NCBI GenBank assembly: GCA_051117555.1
Contig: JBNPEG010000017.1
Span: 17,049-81,048, forward strand
Reading direction: 5' to 3'
DNA from: Elainellaceae cyanobacterium
Lineage (GTDB): Bacteria > Cyanobacteriota > Cyanobacteriia > CAZCXK01
Length of the DNA: 64,000 nt
A program made the position numbers and the translations under genes. This document shows, in pieces, positions 28,952 through 38,722 of the stretch (the first letter of the stretch is position 1; the number at the start of each line of letters is the position of its first letter). Below the pieces are notes generated by a model. It was given only the letters and a program-made list of their open reading frames with translations, did no database searches and was not told the DNA's origin.

Positions 28952-30151
28952 ATGACTCTCAGTGGATTACTGGCTCAAGGTTTGATTCAGGGCGCATTAG
29001 GATTGGGTTCTATCGTGTTAGCGGAATTTGTTCGAGACTGCTATCACGTTGCTGGGCACTATTGGCGTCCTCTTCAAAAGCTGCATCTTTTGCATCACAA
29101 AGCCTATCGACAAGACTTTACCGTTGCCAACCAGCAGGCATATGGTCAAGCTCAGCTTTATAACGATTTACCTGAATCGCTTGTCATGATTGCGTTTACC
29201 GGCATTGCAATGGGACTGAGCCAGTCGTATGCTGCGGGGGTCGGGGTTCTATATTCGCTCGGCTTTTTGGGCGGCGCGTTGATTCGATCTCAAGGGTGGT
29301 GGCTGCAAACTGATCTCACTCATTTGCCGGGTGCGCTGACTCAGATCCCTGGCAATATGAGAGTTAACCGCACCTATCACTGGCGTCATCATTTCGACGA
29401 AACCAACGCCTACTTTGCCGGACATTTTACAATCATAGACAAAGTGTTAGGAACAAGCCTTTCTCTTAAGGGGAAAATTGTTGCAATCACCGGCGCTTCT
29501 GGCTCGATGGGGCGATCGCTGATGTCGGAACTGGCGCGTCAGGGAGCAAAGCCGATTGCGCTGACGACGTCTCCTACATTTACGTGTGACGATGCGGTAG
29601 ATATCGTGCAGTGGTGCGTTGGACAAGAACATGACTTGAGCGATCGCCTCAAGTCTGTGGATATTCTGGTGCTCAATCATGGGCTCAACGTTTATGGCGA
29701 TCGCACGGCTGAGGCAATTCAGACCTCATTAGAGGTTAATGCGCTATCCACATGGAGATTGGCAGAAATTTTCATGGCAACGGTGACGGGCTCAACGGAT
29801 CGAGCCACCAAAGAAATTTGGATTAATACATCTGAAGCAGAAGTTAGCCCAGCACTGAGCCCGTTATATGAAATTTCGAAGCGACTCATCGGAGATTTGA
29901 TTACCTTACGGCGACTTGATGCGCCCTGCGTGATGCGCAAAATTATTCTGGGTCCATTTAAGAGCACATTAAACCCGTACGGAGTCATGTCGCCCCAGTG
30001 GGTTGCTAAGGCAGTCGTCGCTCTGGCTAAGCGGGATGTGCGCAATATTATCGTAACGATTAACCCAATCACGTATATCGCCTTTCCAGTCAAAGAATTA
30101 GCGAAAACCCTTTACTTTCGGATTTTTTCAAGCCGCAATTCTAGTCGCTAA
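28952..30151 (+). CDS. mgdE: Fatty-acid-hydroxylase-like + SDR fusion, probable monoglucosyldiacylglycerol epimerase
   Basis: His boxes (YHVAGH, LHLLHH, YHWRHH) then ITGASGSMG, NTSEAE, PLYEISK. Confidence 0.8.
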   Translation: MTLSGLLAQGLIQGALGLGSIVLAEFVRDCYHVAGHYWRPLQKLHLLHHKAYRQDFTVANQQAYGQAQLYNDLPESLVMIAFTGIAMGLSQSYAAGVGVLYSLGFLGGALIRSQGWWLQTDLTHLPGALTQIPGNMRVNRTYHWRHHFDETNAYFAGHFTIIDKVLGTSLSLKGKIVAITGASGSMGRSLMSELARQGAKPIALTTSPTFTCDDAVDIVQWCVGQEHDLSDRLKSVDILVLNHGLNVYGDRTAEAIQTSLEVNALSTWRLAEIFMATVTGSTDRATKEIWINTSEAEVSPALSPLYEISKRLIGDLITLRRLDAPCVMRKIILGPFKSTLNPYGVMSPQWVAKAVVALAKRDVRNIIVTINPITYIAFPVKELAKTLYFRIFSSRNSSR

Positions 30152-30265
30152 CAGGTCGAGATGTATAACGACCGCCCCAGTTCTTTGGGCAGTTGCACGC
30201 CAGATAGCTTTCCCAGCTTGGTTCTCTAATTAAGAATGATGTCCTAAGCTATCTGGCTAAAGCTA

Positions 30266-30378
30266 TATAGCAATCCCAAATAAATTGTGGGAAAAACCAA
30301 AGGAGTTTGGGGACGAAGTCCCCAAGAAGGGGGCAACGCCCCCTCCACCCCTCTTACGAATCATTTAGGACTGCTATA
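30266..30378. mobile_element. MITE-like element, TATAGC-end family, overlapping menD stop
   Basis: tatagcaatcccaaat...atttaggactgctata inverted ends; internal ggggacgaagtcccc and agggggcaacgccccct hairpins. Confidence 0.8.
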
Positions 30379-32125
30379 TGTCTTGAGAAATTCTTTGAAA
30401 TAAAGCCTGCCGTTTCAACGGATCGGTTTGACGATTCGTGGGCACCTCAAGAATGCGAACAGTTTGATCAAACGATGACATCAGAGCGTTGGCTAAGTCG
30501 TCCCAGGTGTGAATTTGAATGTATTCGACCTTGTACGTTCGGCAAATATGATGAAAATCGATTGATTGAGGCGTAGCAAAATAATCTTCGAAGGGTGGAT
30601 CAAATTGAGAAATGGGCAATAACTCAAAAATCCCGCCGCCATTATTGTTAATTAATACAATCGTGAGTTGCCCAACAAACTGCTGTGTTAGCAAAAACCC
30701 GTTGGTATCATGAAGAAGAGCTAAATCTCCGGTGAGCAATACAGTGTGGCGGTTTCGATAACCAATTCCAACCGCAGTAGAGAGCGTGCCATCAATGCCA
30801 TTAGCGCCTCGATTAAAGAAAGGTTGAAGTCTTAAATCGTTAGGCTTCCAAAACCATTCGACATCTCGAACGGGCGTGCTATTGGCAATAAATAATGGGG
30901 TATTTTTAGGCAAGATTTGTGACAAAACCCAAGCGATTTTGCCTTCAAATAAATCATCCATTTCTGTAAACGCCTGGTCAAGCAATGAACGAATAGTTGC
31001 TTCTGTTTTGCACCAATTTTTGAGATAGATAGACGGAGGCATCGCTGAGGATCCCTCTAGCTGATGTGCGAGCGACTCAACCGAGATTCGCAGATGATGA
31101 GTCAACCCATGAAGCGGATCAAGATTGCGATCGCTCTCGTCAACAATCCACTGCTGGGGTTGGGTTGTGGTTAGCCAGTCGCGCAGCACTTTGCTGGTTG
31201 GCATTTCACCGATTCGAATGACGATTTCAGGCGTTAGCCCCTCTGCCAACCGCGAATTTCGCAACATCAGATCGTAGGTTGAAATCAAATATGGGTTGAG
31301 GCTGGCATAGTTCCGCAGGGGAGACAGTCCTTCAGCCAAAACGGGAAACCCTAGCGTTTTCGACACCTGGGCGATCGCCTCACAATAAGGTTTCGGACAT
31401 TGGGGTTGGGCAGGGCCAGCAATAATTAGCCCGTTCGAGTGCTGTTGCCACGTTTGAAGCAGGGTCGAGGGAATCGAAGGACTCGAATAGAGAATCGAAT
31501 CAGACGAAACGCTGAGATGGGAGAAAAAAGTCTGACTATTCAACCGGGATTCTAGAGCTTCAGCATCCGATTGGGAAATCGGCGCCAGCGGATCGCGAAA
31601 CGGGATATTGAGATGGACGGGTCCCGGAACTGGCGCGCGCGATCGCTCCCATGCATAAACCGTGATTTGCCTAAGATAGGCCAGCATATGAGTATCAAGG
31701 GAAGGTGTCGCCAATTCTGCATACCACGTTGGAAAACTGCCATAAAGCTTTTGCTGATCGATGGCTTGTCCTGCATTACAGTTTCGTAGCTCAGGAGGGC
31801 GATCGGCAGTGAGAATAATGAGAGGAACTCGGCTTTCGCGAGCCTCAATCACAGCCGGATACATATTGGCTCCAGCCGTGCCAGACGTGCAGACGAGTGC
31901 AATGGGTCGATGGCTCCGCCGCGCCATACCCAGAGCAAAAAACGAGGCCGATCGTTCATCTAGAACCGGAATAGACTCAACACCATCCGACCGGGCAAAT
32001 GCGACCGCCATCGGTGCAGAGCGAGATCCTGGACAAATGACTGCGGTGGTGAGCCCTACGCGGCTGAGCGTTTCAACCAAAATCGATGCCCAGACCGTAT
32101 TAATATTTCTAAAATCGAGCGACAT
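30374..32125 (-). CDS. menD: SEPHCHC synthase
   Basis: ICPGSRSAP, DERSASFFALG, CTSGTA, TADRPPE, NRGANGIDG, GDLALLHD, NNNGGGIF. Confidence 0.96.
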   Translation of the reverse strand: MSLDFRNINTVWASILVETLSRVGLTTAVICPGSRSAPMAVAFARSDGVESIPVLDERSASFFALGMARRSHRPIALVCTSGTAGANMYPAVIEARESRVPLIILTADRPPELRNCNAGQAIDQQKLYGSFPTWYAELATPSLDTHMLAYLRQITVYAWERSRAPVPGPVHLNIPFRDPLAPISQSDAEALESRLNSQTFFSHLSVSSDSILYSSPSIPSTLLQTWQQHSNGLIIAGPAQPQCPKPYCEAIAQVSKTLGFPVLAEGLSPLRNYASLNPYLISTYDLMLRNSRLAEGLTPEIVIRIGEMPTSKVLRDWLTTTQPQQWIVDESDRNLDPLHGLTHHLRISVESLAHQLEGSSAMPPSIYLKNWCKTEATIRSLLDQAFTEMDDLFEGKIAWVLSQILPKNTPLFIANSTPVRDVEWFWKPNDLRLQPFFNRGANGIDGTLSTAVGIGYRNRHTVLLTGDLALLHDTNGFLLTQQFVGQLTIVLINNNGGGIFELLPISQFDPPFEDYFATPQSIDFHHICRTYKVEYIQIHTWDDLANALMSSFDQTVRILEVPTNRQTDPLKRQALFQRISQDI

Positions 32126-32154
32126 GACCTTGTAGTTCCTTTCCTCTCCGCACT

Positions 32155-33573
32155 CTAAACCAGAGCTTGCAGGAGCGCTCGGAGTTTAAGTCGAATTTCT
32201 GCTAATTCTCGTTCGGGGTCTGATCCCATTACAATGCCCGCCCCTGCGTAAAGACGGGCATACTGGCCTTTTAAGAGCGCTGAGCGAATGCCGACGATGA
32301 ATTCACTGTTGCCCTGCGTATCAACCCAACCCAATGCCCCTGCATAGAGCGATCGCTCGAAGGGCTCATATTGAGCAATGTGGCGGCAGGCAACATCGCG
32401 GGGCAAGCCAGCGATCGCCGGAGTGGGGTGAATTTCGGCTAACAGTTCTAAGGCAGAGGCATGTCCAGACAGTGTTGCCTGAATGGGCGTATGAAGATGT
32501 TGAATATTGGCCAATTGAAGCAAACTGGGCTCAGGATTATAGTGAGGCTTCAGCCCAAAGCGGGTGACGCTCTGGACAATAAAATCGACCACCAGTTGAT
32601 GCTCATGGCGTTCCTTGGGGCTACTGAGTAAACGATTTGCGAGCTCTGCATCGTCTGCAAGAGTTTGTCCTCGCGGGGCCGAGCCTGCGAGCGCATCGAT
32701 CACTAAATGATTGTGGCGAATACTGATTAATCGTTCGGGACTGGCTCCAATAAATTGAGTGTCTGACTGTTGCCCGATTGAAAACACGCAGCAATCTGAA
32801 TGAAATTGGCGTAGTTTGTTTAAGCAATGAATCCATTGAAAGGGGAGATATGAAATCACATCAACCGCATGAGCCAGCACAAGCTTATTTAACTGATGAC
32901 TTTGAATGCATTTAAGAACAGAAGAAACGGTCGTTTCAAAATCGTGAATATCTGAAATTTGCCAGGTATCAGGTGAGTTTTCAAAGCTGTTTGACAGATC
33001 AGAGACGCTGTAGCGAATGGTTTGAATGAATTGAAATTCAGATATAACACTTTGTGTCATCTGAGATAAATCAGAATCAGCATCCATCAAGAGATTGACC
33101 GTCAGCCAATGAGAGTGTCCTTGCTGGGTGACCTGCCACCGAGGCAGAAAGACAGTCGCAGCCGGAAATGGAGCCGTTAGATGGGTATTATCTTCAAAGG
33201 TAAATGCACAAAAGAAACGAGGTAAAACAGAACAATGCGAAAGTGAAAATGGCTGAATAACGTGTTTAGAAATCGACTGAATAAAATCTTGAGCTTCTAG
33301 AAATCGTGTTGCCCCATGGGTTTGAAACAGCACGGTATTGGCGATCGCCACCACAGAATCTTGCTCTAGACGTTTCTCGAAATAAAAGTGGTTTTGATGA
33401 TGCTCACATAGTTCATAAAGAACCGATAAAGCATAGGAAAATTCAGTTTCTACGGTGATGCTTGCAATCTTAAAATGATGGTCGTTAACGGCATTTTGTT
33501 GACATGTTAAGAGAAATTGATAAAGGCTTTTAGGATGTTGAAGCAGATTAGTACAATGAGGTTTGATGAGCAT
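32155..33573 (-). CDS. menF: Isochorismate synthase
   Basis: KLVLA, FIGASPERL, ALAGSAPRG, KERHEH, HPTPAIAG, YAGAGIV; adjacent to menD. Confidence 0.92.
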   Translation of the reverse strand: MLIKPHCTNLLQHPKSLYQFLLTCQQNAVNDHHFKIASITVETEFSYALSVLYELCEHHQNHFYFEKRLEQDSVVAIANTVLFQTHGATRFLEAQDFIQSISKHVIQPFSLSHCSVLPRFFCAFTFEDNTHLTAPFPAATVFLPRWQVTQQGHSHWLTVNLLMDADSDLSQMTQSVISEFQFIQTIRYSVSDLSNSFENSPDTWQISDIHDFETTVSSVLKCIQSHQLNKLVLAHAVDVISYLPFQWIHCLNKLRQFHSDCCVFSIGQQSDTQFIGASPERLISIRHNHLVIDALAGSAPRGQTLADDAELANRLLSSPKERHEHQLVVDFIVQSVTRFGLKPHYNPEPSLLQLANIQHLHTPIQATLSGHASALELLAEIHPTPAIAGLPRDVACRHIAQYEPFERSLYAGALGWVDTQGNSEFIVGIRSALLKGQYARLYAGAGIVMGSDPERELAEIRLKLRALLQALV

Positions 33574-33791
33574 AGAAATGGGAATGGGACGGTTTTTGGG
33601 GCCAAGATTAAACTCTCAATTGAGTGACCTTCTATCAATAGAGGTAGCACACTTCATTCACCTCAATCATCCTAAATCCGTTCCTAACCCCAAAGCCTCT
33701 TTATCATCGCTTGTTACAAAACAAATTTGCAAATTCATTGGGATCATACTTGATGACTGTTAAATGACTATGGCCGCTAAACGAATTTTGA

Positions 33792-33970
33792 TATAGCAAT
33801 CCTAAACATTCATGAAATGGGAGTGCGGGCATCTTGCCCGCCTTGGCAACTGGAGATTTTAAAAAATCATCTGGGATTTCTGTGTAGCAATCCCAGATGG
33901 GTTGTGAGTGGTGGGGCGGGCGGCGCCCGCCCCACCACTCACAATTCACAAGCGATTTAGGATCGCTATA
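33792..33970. mobile_element. Two abutting TATAGC-end MITEs (33792-33884 and 33883-33970)
   Basis: tatagcaatcctaaa...atctgggatttctgtg then tagcaatcccagat...atttaggatcgctata; cores gcgggcatcttgcccgc and gtgagtggtggggcgggc...gcccgccccaccactcac. Confidence 0.8.
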
Positions 33971-34236
33971 GTTGTCGGCTTGAGTCTCAAAAGTTACATA
34001 TCTTAAGATTGTGGTTAGAGCATTTCAGGTGCCATGCTGTTCTGTCGATTGAGCCCAAATTTGGGGTAAGGCAAATGCTGATTTTGAGTCAGTGCAAACG
34101 AGTACCCCCCTTACAGAGAGGGTTTTCACGCCGCCAGATTTTTTTCATTTCGTGCAAGCGGAGGTTGTGAATTTCTCCGCCAGCTCATGTGTCAGATATT
34201 TTATCTCTCAACTCGTTGATAAACACTCCGGACAAA

Positions 34237-34277
34237 TATGATTCAAATCACATGATGTACGTACTTAGATCACATTT
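34237..34277. promoter_or_regulatory. Tandem CRP-like boxes
   Basis: TATGA-N6-TCACA at 34237-34252 and a second right half TAGATCACATTT with TCACA at 34270-34274, 22 bp apart. Confidence 0.55.
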
Positions 34278-34393
34278 AAAAGTGGAATCTTTCAACATCC
34301 TATAAAGGAGCGACTTGAGTTCACTAGGCTCTGCATCGTCGTTGATTTTCATTACAAAAATGTAGCTATTGCCCTACACAGATTTTCCTTGAA

Positions 34394-34618
34394 ATGATGT
34401 CCACAGATCTTTCCTTACTTCCGAGTGCGATCGCTGACATCACGGCATATGCAGCCGAATCAGGCGTAATTACCGTTGCCGATCGGTACGGGCTGCTAGC
34501 CGCTGTTCTCAATCCGTCATCTTTACGACCCGACGAACAAGAAGCCGTTGATCGACTGCTTCGAGCAGTTTGCCGGGGGCGCATTGTGTTAGTCGACGAA
34601 TTGTCTGCGGTTCTCTAG
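34394..34618 (+). CDS. Small conserved cyanobacterial protein, 74 aa
   Basis: LLPSAIADI...ITVADRYGLLAAVL...EQEAVDRLLRAVCRGRI motif. Confidence 0.8.
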   Translation: MMSTDLSLLPSAIADITAYAAESGVITVADRYGLLAAVLNPSSLRPDEQEAVDRLLRAVCRGRIVLVDELSAVL

Positions 34619-34664
34619 GCCAATATTTCGGTTAATTGCTGTTGGATAAAGCCTTAGCGAGAAT

Positions 34665-35141
34665 TTAATACTCCGTTTTGTCTGCTTTAGCAGTCCAGGC
34701 TCCAAAGACTGCCCGTGCTTCATCTCGCAGGAGTTGAGTCATTGGGAATTTACGCTGATCAATTGGCAAATTGAGTTCGGCGTAGATGAACTGATCATCA
34801 AATCCAATTTGAGCGGCATCGGCATGGGTATTAGCGTAGTAAACTCGCTCAGGTCTAGCCCAGTAAATCGCTCCCATACACATAGGACACGGTTCACAAC
34901 TGGTATAGACGTCGCAGCCTGTCAGTTGAAAGGTGCCTAATGCTTGGCAGGCATGGCGAATAGCAACAACCTCTGCATGGGCAGTCGGATCATTCGTCGA
35001 TGTAACCAGATTGCGTCCTCTAGCAACAATGTCACCGTTCTTCACAATTACAGCTCCAAATGGCCCGCCATCCCCAGAGATCACATTGTGATGAGAGAGG
35101 GCGATCGCCTCACGCATAAATTCGTGACGTACGTCAGTCAT
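34665..35141 (-). CDS. guaD: Guanine deaminase (cytidine-deaminase fold)
   Basis: GGPFGAVIV, DPTAHAEV, SCEPCPMC, GFDD, C-terminal Tyr. Confidence 0.88.
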   Translation of the reverse strand: MTDVRHEFMREAIALSHHNVISGDGGPFGAVIVKNGDIVARGRNLVTSTNDPTAHAEVVAIRHACQALGTFQLTGCDVYTSCEPCPMCMGAIYWARPERVYYANTHADAAQIGFDDQFIYAELNLPIDQRKFPMTQLLRDEARAVFGAWTAKADKTEY

Positions 35142-35188
35142 AAATTTGCCTCGCTAACGATTCGGTCGCCTATCAATTTAGCCGCCTA

Positions 35189-35821
35189 TTAGCCGCCTAT
35201 AAAGGGAGTGTTCCAAAACTTCCAATTTTCTTTGTTGAACGGAGATTTCCAACGAGCAATTAAGCCAGATTCCAGGAGTTGACGCGGCTTTGTTTGAGCG
35301 GGTGTATCCCACCAAAATGCCGTGTTAATGGTCGTGGGCATTTGGTGGTGAAAATGCACGCTTTGATAATTCAGCACATAGTGCTTGCAATCATGCACCC
35401 CTTTCCATCGCTGGTTTGCCTGACAGGTTTCTCCCACATACAGCAAAATTGGAACAGCAGTATCGACCACAAAATAAATGCAGGGATCTTCGGGATGGTG
35501 ACGGGCAGGCAAATTGAAAAAGAAGAAATTGTGATAGTCAAGGGTAAACGGATCAATGGTTGATGGATCAATGTCAGTGCTCTCAATTGGAAACAGCGCG
35601 GATTGCTGGGGAGATTGGCTGTCCCTAACTCGACACTGATATCGATACAGCTCCGCTTTCCATATTTGAAGTGCCTCTGAATCAATTTCTAAGTGGGGCT
35701 TGGTTCGAGAGTTGTAACGGCTCAAGGCTCTCTGCTCTGAGACATTGAACAGAGATTGCTGCTCACCATAGATCGACACCGTAGCGCTCCTCAAATTTGA
35801 CTTCCTAACCATACCGCCCAT
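35189..35821 (-). CDS. GIY-YIG nuclease family protein
   Basis: CIYFVVD...LLYVGET...RW...HDCK, LESGLI, SPFN. Confidence 0.82.
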   Translation of the reverse strand: MGGMVRKSNLRSATVSIYGEQQSLFNVSEQRALSRYNSRTKPHLEIDSEALQIWKAELYRYQCRVRDSQSPQQSALFPIESTDIDPSTIDPFTLDYHNFFFFNLPARHHPEDPCIYFVVDTAVPILLYVGETCQANQRWKGVHDCKHYVLNYQSVHFHHQMPTTINTAFWWDTPAQTKPRQLLESGLIARWKSPFNKENWKFWNTPFIGG

Positions 35822-35891
35822 TTCTAGCCATGTCTAGAAAATTATGGAGTTTTTTAGTTCTCCACACGCTAGATATGGAATTTTCAGGAAG

Positions 35892-37508
35892 CTACCGGCG
35901 CGATCGCCGTTTAGGATTCACCGTTATCGAGGTGAGCGCCTGACGAATATAATCCATCGTAATTTGGGGAGCTTGGTCAGTCGCCGCCGCTAGAGCCGCC
36001 TCAAGGGCGATCGCACGAATCGTTCCTCCAGTCAGGCTGTAGTTTTGAGCCAGAGCCTTCCAGTCGATATCCTGACTGATAGGTGCTTCAGGTGGAAATG
36101 CGTGCTTCCAGAGCATCAGACGGGCAGACGCATCAGGCACCGGAAAATTGAGCGTCCACCGAGCTTGCCGTCGCCAATGAAGACTGACTGCTTCAATCAT
36201 GCGGACGCTAAATAGGGTTAATCGACCCAGACGATGGCGCTGAGTTAGAAACTGATTTAGCGAGGCAATGGGGAGAGAAGCAGAACGCTTCAACCACAGC
36301 TCAGCAGACTTGATCAACAGCACGTCGGGCTGCTGCGTTGTCAGCTCTCGCAGGACGGAAGACGTATTATCCACGTCTACATGAGCTAAATCGAGCCAAT
36401 GGAGCGGATGTTGGAGAGTATGGGCGATCGCCCGCGCCGCCGTGGTTTTTCCAGTGCCTGATGATCCGACCAAAATTGCAAATGCACCAATCTGCGGTGC
36501 GTTAGCCCCATCGTTTGCAAACCCCCATTCCTGATCGACGATCGGTTGAGCCTGCGTGCGCTGGCAGATCGCACGCAGAGTTGTTTTTAAGTCGGCGGGT
36601 ACGATCACGTCTGACCACTTGACTGATGTGGCTTCATCGACTGACAGCCACGACAATGCAGTTCCTGATCGGATCAAATGATTTGCAACGGGAGGCTGAA
36701 TAATGGGCGGCACGTCGAGCAGTCGAGGATTGGGTTGAGCCCCACGGATATGCTCGCCAACTGGATTTTGAGGGGCGATCCATTGAGGTAGCGTCGATGA
36801 TTGATTCAGAAGCGCCTCTAGATCGGCTGGAGTTGGCTTGTCTGCTAGCAAATAGTTAACAAGAAATTTAGACGATTTAATATCAGCATTTAGCATCGTG
36901 TCAGGCGATGCGGGGAGCAGCGTGAGGAGATTTCGCTGCACCAACACCGAATCTGCGATGAGATAGCGGCGCGCCTTGCGCCATTCGCTGTCATTGCGAC
37001 ACAAAAGTCGCAGTACGAGATCAACCGTTGGCAAGTCGGTCTGAGTGGCATCTTCGCCTTGAAGATATCGATAAATGCGGGCATAGCGGCGATTTACCTC
37101 GGGCGCAAGGCTCATCAAGATGATGTTTTTCTCAACAATTGACAGATTGAGGCGATCGCGCAGAGCCGGTAACGCCAAAACAACGCCATTTGTGTGGCTA
37201 ATTTGAATCCGAGCATCGAGCTGCTGCTGATAATTTCCCTTCGTTCGAGCCGATCCGGATGACGTGCGGTGTTCATCATAGGAGGCCGTTCCCTCAAGCG
37301 ATACGACTCCTTTCCACCAGTGGCTAGAGATGCGATCGGCACGGGACTGAATCACACGATCGAGTTGTCTGGTATCTTGGCGTTGTCGTGCGACTGCTAC
37401 CATCAATACCCGATCTAACCAATTAAGCTCTGTCTTTAAGTAAGACCAATTATCGGCAAATCCGGTGGGCTGATGAGTGGCCATAGCGCAGTCGATAGGG
37501 ATAAGCAA
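35892..37508 (-). CDS. AAA-family ATPase-like protein with degenerate Walker B
   Basis: N-terminal helical region (LAPEVNRRYARIY, PTVDLVLRLL), WSDVIVP, Walker A GSSGTGKT, lid LTGGTIRAIA. Confidence 0.8.
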   Translation of the reverse strand: MLIPIDCAMATHQPTGFADNWSYLKTELNWLDRVLMVAVARQRQDTRQLDRVIQSRADRISSHWWKGVVSLEGTASYDEHRTSSGSARTKGNYQQQLDARIQISHTNGVVLALPALRDRLNLSIVEKNIILMSLAPEVNRRYARIYRYLQGEDATQTDLPTVDLVLRLLCRNDSEWRKARRYLIADSVLVQRNLLTLLPASPDTMLNADIKSSKFLVNYLLADKPTPADLEALLNQSSTLPQWIAPQNPVGEHIRGAQPNPRLLDVPPIIQPPVANHLIRSGTALSWLSVDEATSVKWSDVIVPADLKTTLRAICQRTQAQPIVDQEWGFANDGANAPQIGAFAILVGSSGTGKTTAARAIAHTLQHPLHWLDLAHVDVDNTSSVLRELTTQQPDVLLIKSAELWLKRSASLPIASLNQFLTQRHRLGRLTLFSVRMIEAVSLHWRRQARWTLNFPVPDASARLMLWKHAFPPEAPISQDIDWKALAQNYSLTGGTIRAIALEAALAAATDQAPQITMDYIRQALTSITVNPKRRSRR

Positions 37509-37523
37509 CGGTGGATAGACAAC

Positions 37524-37973
37524 TTAAGGTTGCTCGCCTACTCTCCCGATCACGCGAATAAATTCAAGGGGTAAACCATCGGCATCTGCAAGGAACGCAA
37601 CTTCATAGATGCGATCGCCAATGATTTGTTGAGTAGGCTGTAGCAGGATAGTCAATGGCGAAATTTCATCGGAGGCTTGCGCCATGTCGTGAAACCGCTG
37701 TTTTAGGCGATCAAGCCATTGAGGCAGAGCATTGGTCTGATAGGTCAGATCAAATGACAGGTGATAATACCCAGTGTAATGCTCGTCGCCAAAAGCATCT
37801 GCTGCCGGACGCGGTTGAGGAACTTGGAGCAGCTCGATTCGCCCTCCCAATCCCTCCATCCAGCAAGCAAGAGTAATACCCGCTGTAAAGCGTTCATACA
37901 CCGTAAACCCTAACTGCTCATAGAAAGCGATCGCCCGATAAATATCAGCAGTGCGAATAGAAGCATGATGCAT
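37524..37973 (-). CDS. VOC/glyoxalase family protein
   Basis: MHHASIRT, IELL, GYYHLSF, DADGLPLEF. Confidence 0.9.
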   Translation of the reverse strand: MHHASIRTADIYRAIAFYEQLGFTVYERFTAGITLACWMEGLGGRIELLQVPQPRPAADAFGDEHYTGYYHLSFDLTYQTNALPQWLDRLKQRFHDMAQASDEISPLTILLQPTQQIIGDRIYEVAFLADADGLPLEFIRVIGRVGEQP

Positions 37974-38020
37974 AATGCAGGCTCATCGAGGCACGGTAGC
38001 GCCCTACTTTATCAACCTAA

Positions 38021-38530
38021 TTATTCGAACAAGCGAAAGTATGGATATCGAACGGGCGCTCCAGGTTCTTTTTCTAAATCAAAATTAATCACATTCCAAC
38101 AGGGTTCAGTATCCGAATCGGGACTAAACTCAACAGGCAGTCCATAGAGACGAGGACGCTGAGCGTCAGACTGCCCACGCCAGGGAGCGCTCCGCTCTAA
38201 GTAGGTACTAATCAAGTCTTTATAGCGGCGTGCAATAATCACACGAGTTGCTCGATATCCCTGAGTGTAGAGGCGATCGAGTGCCTCATGAATTTCAAAC
38301 CGAATGCCATCTGGATGGGTATGCTGGCGATACCAATTATCGTCCCACTGACGCCAATGCCGCCCTGACTGAAGATGAACGAGTTCTCCAGTCTCTGGAT
38401 CGGCCTCAAATGCGCCATGTCGGGGACACAAATAGGTGTCTGTTAAAGTCAATGCCGGAATGGTCTGGCGACAGTGAGGACACTGAATCTCCGGCCCGAA
38501 TATTGGATATTGCAGAGCTGCGTTAATCAT
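38021..38530 (-). CDS. TIGR02652-family cyanobacterial protein
   Basis: YPIFGPEIQCPHCRQTIPALTLTDTYLCPRHG zinc-ribbon motif. Confidence 0.85.
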   Translation of the reverse strand: MINAALQYPIFGPEIQCPHCRQTIPALTLTDTYLCPRHGAFEADPETGELVHLQSGRHWRQWDDNWYRQHTHPDGIRFEIHEALDRLYTQGYRATRVIIARRYKDLISTYLERSAPWRGQSDAQRPRLYGLPVEFSPDSDTEPCWNVINFDLEKEPGAPVRYPYFRLFE

Positions 38531-38722
38531 GAAACCTTATGCCAGCATGTTCGCCATGTTACCCGCGCCAGTGGCTTTATTATAACCGTCGCAGGGTCAG
38601 AAACAGATTTCCGTCCTAGATCTGACAGGAATCCTAAAGAGATGATAGACATAGTGTGTGAAAGTGCATGACCGCTTTCATGGCAATTCTACGAGCATAT
38701 CGCCAATCATTCAGGGATAATC

